The notes below the pieces were generated by a model, which was not told the DNA's origin, did not search any database, and saw nothing but the letters and a program-made list of their open reading frames with translations. This document shows, piece by piece, positions 45,034 through 51,134 of a stretch of DNA of 64,000 nt. A program made the translations under genes and the position numbers. This stretch comes from Bacteroidota bacterium. GTDB taxonomy: Bacteria; Bacteroidota; Ignavibacteria; UBA10030. The DNA lies in contig DATJYV010000029.1 of NCBI GenBank assembly GCA_035499415.1, forward strand, positions 589 through 64,588. The letters are read 5' to 3'. Positions within the stretch are counted from its first letter, which is position 1; each line of letters begins with the position of its first letter.

Positions 45034-45537
45034 TTATTGGGTCGCGATAGTGAACGTGATCGTGTGCGAATCCGTCCCCGTTCCCTGGGAGGCAAGGGCA
45101 ACGGCAGTATATTGGAGCGTGCAACTTCCTGTGCTTCGGCCAAGATTGGTCAGAAAATCCTGGGCGGTGTGTGTGATGGTGACCTGGGAAGCTGCGGTCC
45201 CGACCGTGGGGTTCAGGGCAACGAGTTTGAGTGCAAAGAGTTGTGTTGTCAGATTCGTTTGCACCGTAACCTTTTTGGTACTGCTGTTGATGCCCCATTG
45301 GAGGGATGTTGCCTGGTTAGTGGCGCTCATGGTGTTCTGGCCCGCCACGGCGTTGGCCCCCGTAATTGTGAAACTGACTGCGCCTCCGGTTACCGTCACG
45401 TTGGTAATCGTCGAAACCGTGACCGTGATCGTGTGGGACGCTGATCCATACGTCTGACCCTTGGCAAGAAACAGAGGAAGGATGAAAAATATCCCCAGCA
45501 ATATCGGGCGGTTGAATCGAGGTCGAAGGGATCCCAT
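45034..45537 (-). CDS. Small secreted pilin-like subunit (family member 4)
   Basis: Signal peptide MGSLRPRFNRPILLGIFFILPLFLAKGQ. Thr/Val-rich strands. C-terminus SHTITFTIATQ. The SCTLQYTAVALASQG motif is shared with member 5. Confidence 0.45.
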   Translation of the reverse strand: MGSLRPRFNRPILLGIFFILPLFLAKGQTYGSASHTITVTVSTITNVTVTGGAVSFTITGANAVAGQNTMSATNQATSLQWGINSSTKKVTVQTNLTTQLFALKLVALNPTVGTAASQVTITHTAQDFLTNLGRSTGSCTLQYTAVALASQGTGTDSHTITFTIATQ

Positions 45538-45610
45538 ATATTCGCGAAACACGTTCGGAGCCGGTGAAATATAGCCCTCTAATCGAGGATTATCAAGTTG
45601 AGACAGTGCC

Positions 45611-46120
45611 TCAACTCCCTGTAATAGTATACGTAATCGTATGCGTCTCGCTCCCGACCCCCTTTTCAAGGGTTGCGGCCCCCGTGAATTGAAGCGTGCA
45701 GCTTCCCGCCGAGCGACTCACCCCAACGATGAGGTCGTGAGTCGAGTTGTCAGAAAACACCACGTCGCTCGAACTGACCCCCGACCCTGAACTGACGTCC
45801 TGGGCCGACAAGCGAAGGTCGAATTTTGAACCCGACCGATCGCTTTCGGCCGTAATCTTTCGATTCTCCCCGTTACTCGTCCAGACCAACCTGGTAGCGC
45901 CGCTCATCGCGGGCGAAGGGTTGGAAGTTTCCGGGTCGAAATCGGTGATCTTGAGCGTAACCGGACCGCCTGAGATATCTATCGTGTTCAGTTCGAGGAC
46001 TTGAAGCCGAATCACCTGCGTGACCGAAGCACGCTGGGCGAAAAGTGTTGCGGACCCTGCTGCGAAAATCAGGAGGGTCTGCAGTGCTCTTCGTCTTATG
46101 TCGTGTCGTTTGGTGTTCAT
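45611..46120 (-). CDS. Small secreted pilin-like subunit (family member 5)
   Basis: Signal peptide MNTKRHDIRRRALQTLLIFAAGSATLFAQ. SCTLQFTGAATLEKG motif. C-terminus THTITYTITGS. Confidence 0.45.
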   Translation of the reverse strand: MNTKRHDIRRRALQTLLIFAAGSATLFAQRASVTQVIRLQVLELNTIDISGGPVTLKITDFDPETSNPSPAMSGATRLVWTSNGENRKITAESDRSGSKFDLRLSAQDVSSGSGVSSSDVVFSDNSTHDLIVGVSRSAGSCTLQFTGAATLEKGVGSETHTITYTITGS

Positions 46121-46204
46121 CGCTCGAGGCCTCGAAGATAGAAAAACCGTAGCGGCGACAGCTGGAAAACGCACGCTACGGCTTTCTCTCTCCTCCAGAG
46201 ATTC

Positions 46205-46705
46205 TTAGTTCGTCAACGTTAAGGTGACTACTTTTGCTGTGGATGAAAGCGTACCGGCAGAAGCGTTCGCACCGAATGAGTAGGTGATCATCTGGCCGGC
46301 ATCCGCGCCTCTGTTGATACCTGTAACGACGCTCAAAGCACTGCCGGATGTTGCGTTGGAGATATCGACCGCTCCGGCGCTGGTCCCTTTGGAGCTTGCA
46401 AGGTTAATCGAAAGCGAGTAACCGGACGAAAGGGCGGCATCGAGATTCGCCGTGATCTTCACCGTATTCGCGTAGTTCTGCGTGATGCTGTAGGTCGTTG
46501 AATTGTCCGTGACGCTCGTGAGGTTATCCGATCCAGGAGTTCCGGTCGTGATCGTGAGGGCTCCCGGGTTTCCCGACGTCGAGATCTTGTAGATTGCGTT
46601 GACGGCGAGGTTCAGATTCTGCGTTGCCGTGGCTTGTGCGACTGCCGACTCGACGAGCAGAGAGCTGGCGGCGACAAGCGCGAGGGTGATGATGGTCTTT
46701 TTCAT
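46205..46705 (-). CDS. Small secreted pilin-like subunit, candidate major subunit (paralogue A)
   Basis: 166 aa. Signal peptide MKKTIITLALVAASSLLVESAVAQA. The mature N-terminus ATATQNLNLAVNAIYKIS has an alternating donor-strand-like pattern. C-terminal VVTLTLTN. About 75% identical to the next gene. Confidence 0.5.
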   Translation of the reverse strand: MKKTIITLALVAASSLLVESAVAQATATQNLNLAVNAIYKISTSGNPGALTITTGTPGSDNLTSVTDNSTTYSITQNYANTVKITANLDAALSSGYSLSINLASSKGTSAGAVDISNATSGSALSVVTGINRGADAGQMITYSFGANASAGTLSSTAKVVTLTLTN

Positions 46706-46757
46706 GATGGTATCCGTTCGATGAAGGTTGAGGTTTGGTGGTTTTTCAATTCGGTTG

Positions 46758-47252
46758 TTAGTTCGTCAGCGTCAACGTTACGGTCTTGGCCAGCGATGAC
46801 AATGTTCCGGCAGAAGCCGTTGCGGCGAAGTTGTAGGTAATGACCTGGGCTGCATCCGCACCGCGCTGAATGTTCGTGACCATGTTGACGGCGCTGGACG
46901 ACGTCGCATTGGAGATGTCGACACTTCCCGCACTCGTGCCTTTGGTGCTCGCAAGGGTCAACTTGAGCGTATAACCAGCAGCAAGGGCTGCGTCAAGGTT
47001 CGCCGTGATCTTCACAGTATTACCATAGTTCTGTGTAATGCTGTAATTCGTTGATGCATCGGAAACGGACGTCAGGTTGTCGCTCCCGGCTGTGCCTGTC
47101 GTGATCGTGAGCGGGCTCGGGTTGCCGGACGTCGCTATTTTGTAAACAGTGTTGACTGCAAGCGTGACGCTCTGAGTCGCAGTGGCCTGAGCCAGCAGAG
47201 TCTGAACTCCTGCGAAACCGAGAAGAGAGAGGGTTGCGATTAACTTCTTCAT
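46758..47252 (-). CDS. Small secreted pilin-like subunit, candidate major subunit (paralogue B), first gene of the operon
   Basis: Start trimmed to MKKLIATLSLLGFAGVQTLLAQA, preceded by an AAGGAG RBS. The mature ATATQSVTLAVNTVYKIA...TVTLTLTN parallels paralogue A. Confidence 0.5.
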   Translation of the reverse strand: MKKLIATLSLLGFAGVQTLLAQATATQSVTLAVNTVYKIATSGNPSPLTITTGTAGSDNLTSVSDASTNYSITQNYGNTVKITANLDAALAAGYTLKLTLASTKGTSAGSVDISNATSSSAVNMVTNIQRGADAAQVITYNFAATASAGTLSSLAKTVTLTLTN

Positions 47253-47379
47253 GACGAACTCCTTTTGTCTGGATTGGTGGATCGTTTTGTTTCCCGTATA
47301 ACCATCAATCCCCATGCCAATCCAGTTTTTGAACGAAAAATGGCGTTTTCCCAGATACGATTTGTTTTTCGTGAATTGA

Positions 47380-47399
47380 AATGATACATTTGTATCATT
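47380..47399. promoter_or_regulatory. Perfect palindrome AATGATACA-tt-TGTATCATT in the divergent promoter region
   Basis: Read directly in the AT-rich spacer between the pilin-like operon (minus) and the HisKA/sigma54-activator genes (plus). Candidate enhancer or operator site for the adjacent sigma54 activator. Confidence 0.4.
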
Positions 47400-47551
47400 A
47401 TAGGATTATGCTGTATTATAAAGCAAAAATGCCTCAATACCAAAATATGATAGAACTATTTGACTCTTTTTGAGACATGTCACCAGCTATCAGAGTAGCA
47501 ACATACCACAAATTCTGGCCATTATGTAATGATTTCTGCGGTCTGATCTCC

Positions 47552-47567
47552 TGGCATATCGATTGCT
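47552..47567 (+). promoter_or_regulatory. Sigma54 (-24/-12) promoter TGGCAT-N5-TTGCT
   Basis: cTGGCATatcgaTTGCTg gives the exact GG-N10-GC spacing. It lies about 36 nt upstream of a GGAGG RBS and the ATG at 47603. Confidence 0.55.
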
Positions 47568-47602
47568 GTCTTCAATTGAAACAAACTGCCGGAAGGAGGA
47601 TT

Positions 47603-47893
47603 ATGGCGCAGAGTAAGCTCAGAATCATGTCTCCGGAAGAAGCGGTACGGGAGTACCATGTTCGGACAGAAATCGCGACCCGGTTGTCGCACGAGTTCCG
47701 GACTCCGCTCACTTCCATCATCGGCTACGCAGAGACCATCATGTGCAGTCCGGACTTAACAGCAGAACAGCGAGACGAGTTTGCAGCTCTTATAAAGAAG
47801 GAGGGGGAACGGCTCGTGAGACTTGTGACCTTGATTGTCGAACAATCGATTCAGGGTTCGGCGTCACAGTCCGATCCATCCATATTTAAATGA
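47603..47893 (+). CDS. Free-standing HisKA (DHp) domain protein, 96 aa, with no ATP-binding domain
   Basis: MAQSKL...RLSHEFRTPLTSIIGYAETI carries a canonical H-box with the phospho-acceptor His, and the protein ends after the four-helix region. The longest ORF (from 47477) has no RBS. The stop lies 20 nt before the activator gene, in a different frame. Confidence 0.55.
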   Translation: MAQSKLRIMSPEEAVREYHVRTEIATRLSHEFRTPLTSIIGYAETIMCSPDLTAEQRDEFAALIKKEGERLVRLVTLIVEQSIQGSASQSDPSIFK

Positions 47894-47912
47894 CACGAAA
47901 GAGAGTCTTCCC

Positions 47913-49298
47913 ATGCCATCAAACCATCTCATATATATTGTCGACGACGAGACATCCATCGCCAAGCTGCTGGAAGTCTGGGTCAGCCAGAAATGGGGGT
48001 ACCGAGCGCGGCTCTTTTCGGACGGCGAAACGTGTCTTCATGCCCTCGATGAGGGGGCGGACCTGGTTCTTCTCGACCTGATGCTGCCCGGTATCGATGG
48101 TGTCGCCGTGCTCCAGGAAATCAAGCGCCAGAAGCCGGAGCTTCCTGTCATCGTGCTGTCCGCCCAGGCAAAGATCGAGGTTGCCCTTCAGACATTGAAA
48201 TTAGGCGCAACGGACTATTTCAGCAAACCCGTTGACCTCCCGAAGCTCGAAATCGGCATCAAGAATGCCCTGCGACTTGCGGACTTGACGCGGGAAGTCG
48301 AGCGTCTTCGTCAAGACGCCGAAACGAAGGTCCACTTCGATCATATTGTGGCCCAGAGCGGCGAGATGGCTGACGTTTTCAAGCTCGTCTCAAAGGTCAA
48401 GGAGAGCGACATTCCGGTACTTATTCTCGGCGAGAGCGGAACCGGAAAGGAGCTCATCGCCCGGGCCGTCCATTTCAACAGCGGCCGCAAAGACAGACCG
48501 TTCGTTGTCGTCAACTGCGCTTCGATTCCCAAAGACCTTCTCGAAAGCGAGCTCTTCGGGCACGAGCGTGGAGCGTTCACCGGCGCCATCCAGCGCAGGG
48601 TCGGAAAATTCGAACAGGCAAACGGAGGGACGATCTTCCTCGACGAAATTGGGGAGCTCGACCTGAGCCTGCAGTCAAAACTCCTGCGGGCGATTCAGGA
48701 AAAGCAGTTCAACCGAGTCGGGGGGAATGATGTGATCACGACGACCGCGCGTCTTATTTCCGCGACAAACCGGGATTTGCGTGAGGAAGTAAAGCAGAAG
48801 CGATTCCGGGAGGATCTGTACTTCCGTCTCTCGACGTTTCCCGTCATGCTCCCGCCTCTCCGGGAAAGAAAGTCGGATATCGTCCTTCTTGCCGAACACT
48901 TTCTGCGGCAGTTTTCCGAGGAGCAGAAGAAACCCCACCTGCGGTTTTCACGAAAGGCGCTCGACGACCTTTACAACTACCCGTGGCCCGGAAATGTGCG
49001 CGAGCTGGAGAATGCAATCCAACGGGGCGTCGTCCTTGCCGACGCGGCGGAATTGACCGAGCGCGAACTGCCCCTCTCAGTCCAGACATATTCGGGGTTT
49101 GAATCGACGGAGCGTCCCGCATTTTCGTTCGCCAAGAGCAACGACGTCGTCGTCCCTTTCGAAAAGTTGAAGGAGGACGCGATAAGGAACGCGCTGCGCA
49201 TCACCCACGGGAACATCGTCCAGGCGGCCCAACGCCTCAAGATCGGCCGGGCGACGCTTTACCGCTTGATGCAAAAATACAAAATCGAGGCGGACTAG
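47913..49298 (+). CDS. Sigma54-dependent response regulator (NtrC family: REC - AAA+ sigma54-interaction - Fis-type HTH)
   Basis: REC with LLDLMLPGIDG. Walker A GESGTGKE. GAFTGA motif (ESELFGHERGAFTGA). C-terminal HTH (IVQAAQRLKIGRATLYRLMQKY). Start trimmed to MPSNHLIYIVDDE (the longest ORF starts at 47835). Confidence 0.85.
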   Translation: MPSNHLIYIVDDETSIAKLLEVWVSQKWGYRARLFSDGETCLHALDEGADLVLLDLMLPGIDGVAVLQEIKRQKPELPVIVLSAQAKIEVALQTLKLGATDYFSKPVDLPKLEIGIKNALRLADLTREVERLRQDAETKVHFDHIVAQSGEMADVFKLVSKVKESDIPVLILGESGTGKELIARAVHFNSGRKDRPFVVVNCASIPKDLLESELFGHERGAFTGAIQRRVGKFEQANGGTIFLDEIGELDLSLQSKLLRAIQEKQFNRVGGNDVITTTARLISATNRDLREEVKQKRFREDLYFRLSTFPVMLPPLRERKSDIVLLAEHFLRQFSEEQKKPHLRFSRKALDDLYNYPWPGNVRELENAIQRGVVLADAAELTERELPLSVQTYSGFESTERPAFSFAKSNDVVVPFEKLKEDAIRNALRITHGNIVQAAQRLKIGRATLYRLMQKYKIEAD

Positions 49299-49367
49299 CG
49301 GCGTACACAACAAGGGCTCCTGCGAATGAGGAGCCCTTGTCTCAGTCCAAGCGACGATTGCTCGCGG

Positions 49368-50096
49368 TCAGGACCAGGAACCCGTGCCCGTCTGGGTTCC
49401 CTCTGAATTGTAGACAGTCCATTGGCCGGAACCGTTTGCGACCCAGGTTGCCTTGAATACGAGAACCGCGTTATTGTACACGTCTACTTCGCCCGTCTTG
49501 TCCGACCGATTGATGACGATAAGCTTCGCGGTCACCGAACTCCCCGTCGCATCGTACGTCGAGAGGGTTCCTGTTTCGCTCGTCACAGATCCGTTCACCC
49601 CTGCTGCCCAGACATAGTCGGCGGCAAGAGTTGTCGCATTGTCATTGTAGACCTTCCATTCACCGCTCTTACCGTCCGCGCTGGACGTACCGTTGAGAAA
49701 TGTCCAATTGTTGTACGTCACGCCGCTGCCGGTCTCCGTCCCGTTCACCGACCACTTCCACGCATAGCTCCCGTCCGACTGCTTGGTCGCGGTGAATGTT
49801 ACGGTGACCCCGTTCGCCGTGACCGTCCACGTCCACACGCCGCCGTTATCCTTTGCCGAGCCGGCAGCAAATCCCGCAAAAAATGCGGACGAATATGCAT
49901 TCGCCGAGAGTGCGTACGAAGTCGTTAACTCCGCATACGTGTCTGTCGATGTGGTTGTCGGCCCGACAAATGTCACGCTCGGTATGCCGGGAGCCGTCCC
50001 CGTGCTCGATGTCGGCGATGAGCTGTTCTTCGAGCAACCCGAAGAACAAACTGCAATCGCAAGAACGGTAAAGCCGTAAAGAATTGATCGTTTCAT
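49368..50096 (-). CDS. Lipoprotein, Thr/Ser/Gly-rich beta-rich, unknown function
   Basis: Signal peptide plus lipobox (AIAVCSSGC). 242 aa. Repeated W/Y-containing strands. Confidence 0.45.
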   Translation of the reverse strand: MKRSILYGFTVLAIAVCSSGCSKNSSSPTSSTGTAPGIPSVTFVGPTTTSTDTYAELTTSYALSANAYSSAFFAGFAAGSAKDNGGVWTWTVTANGVTVTFTATKQSDGSYAWKWSVNGTETGSGVTYNNWTFLNGTSSADGKSGEWKVYNDNATTLAADYVWAAGVNGSVTSETGTLSTYDATGSSVTAKLIVINRSDKTGEVDVYNNAVLVFKATWVANGSGQWTVYNSEGTQTGTGSWS

Positions 50097-50339
50097 GCCA
50101 TCTCCCTCCTGAAGGTTATTTGATTGAAAAAGACGTTTGAGCCAAAAAATTCAATGCGTCGCATTTCGAAAAGATTTTTGCGGGGGAAGCGTCAATTTGC
50201 CGGGATGGGTGGTGCCTTCCTTTCCTATTGGTCCGAATCCGAGTTTTCCGGTCGCCGGTCCTCCCTCGCATCCACCGTTCGCAGTCAATCTCAGGAATGA
50301 AATCATGCAGGTAAAATAATCGCTACGGGGGCTTACCAC

Positions 50340-50359
50340 AACTACCAGAGTACGTAGTT
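50340..50359. promoter_or_regulatory. AACTAC-N8-GTAGTT inverted repeat (copy 1), candidate LuxR/NarL-family response-regulator box
   Basis: ccacAACTACcagagtacGTAGTTtctc, about 245 nt upstream of the lipoprotein gene start and downstream of the LuxR-RR gene. Confidence 0.35.
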
Positions 50360-50414
50360 TCTCACAGATATGACAAACATCAACCTCAAGGGAGAAGGGT
50401 GGGAAGAACGCGGT

Positions 50415-51074
50415 CTAGGAAACCAAACCGCTTTTGATCGCTTTGGCCACGGCTTCCGCCCGGGAGCGGACGTGGAGCTTTGCGTAGATATTACGGAGGT
50501 GGAAACTCACGGTATTCACGCTGACGAAAAGTTTGTCCGCAATCGCCTTGTACGTATAACCGTCGATGAGGGCCTGGAGAACCTCGAGCTCCCTTTTGGA
50601 GAGCGTTGAAGAGAGACTGTCGGCCTTCTGCGTCTGGAAATAGGCGAGCACCTTGCGTGCCACCTCGGTCGACATCGGGGCCCCGCCGGCGTATGCATCC
50701 CGTATGGCGGCCAACAGAGCTTCCGGAGAGGTCTTTTTCAGGAGATATCCCACCGCCCCCTGCCGGAGCGATTGAAATATCTTTTCGTCGTCGCTGTGCA
50801 CCGTCAACATCAGACACTGAATATTGGGATACCGCCGCTTCACAATTTCCACGCACTCAATGCCCGATTTCTCCGGAAGACCGATATCCATCAAAACGAC
50901 ATCCGGCGGATCGTCTTCGAGGATGGCTAACGCATCGCCACAGCTCCCATGGGCGCCGGTGCATGCAAATCCGGGGGAATGCTCAATGACCCAGCGAAGG
51001 CCATTGCGGATTTCAATATCGTCATCGATGATTGCGACCCGGATTGCGGGAATTTGGCCGTCGTGTTCCTGCAT
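50415..51074 (-). CDS. NarL/FixJ-family response regulator (REC plus LuxR-type HTH)
   Basis: REC (IRVAIIDDD...VVLMDIGLP) and a C-terminal LuxR HTH (LSKRELEVLQALIDGYTYKAIADKLFVSVNTVSFHLRNIYAKL). Confidence 0.85.
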   Translation of the reverse strand: MQEHDGQIPAIRVAIIDDDIEIRNGLRWVIEHSPGFACTGAHGSCGDALAILEDDPPDVVLMDIGLPEKSGIECVEIVKRRYPNIQCLMLTVHSDDEKIFQSLRQGAVGYLLKKTSPEALLAAIRDAYAGGAPMSTEVARKVLAYFQTQKADSLSSTLSKRELEVLQALIDGYTYKAIADKLFVSVNTVSFHLRNIYAKLHVRSRAEAVAKAIKSGLVS

Positions 51075-51098
51075 ACCAGCGCAAGCTACGATGCAAGG

Positions 51099-51134
51099 TC
51101 GGATGAATCAACTACGTACATGCGTAGTTTCATC
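51099..51134. promoter_or_regulatory. Extended palindrome GGATGAA-tc-AACTACG-tacatg-CGTAGTT-TCATCC containing AACTAC-N8-GTAGTT (copy 2)
   Basis: Located between the sensor-kinase stop (51130) and the LuxR-RR start (51074). Same 6-N8-6 motif as at 50340. Confidence 0.4.
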
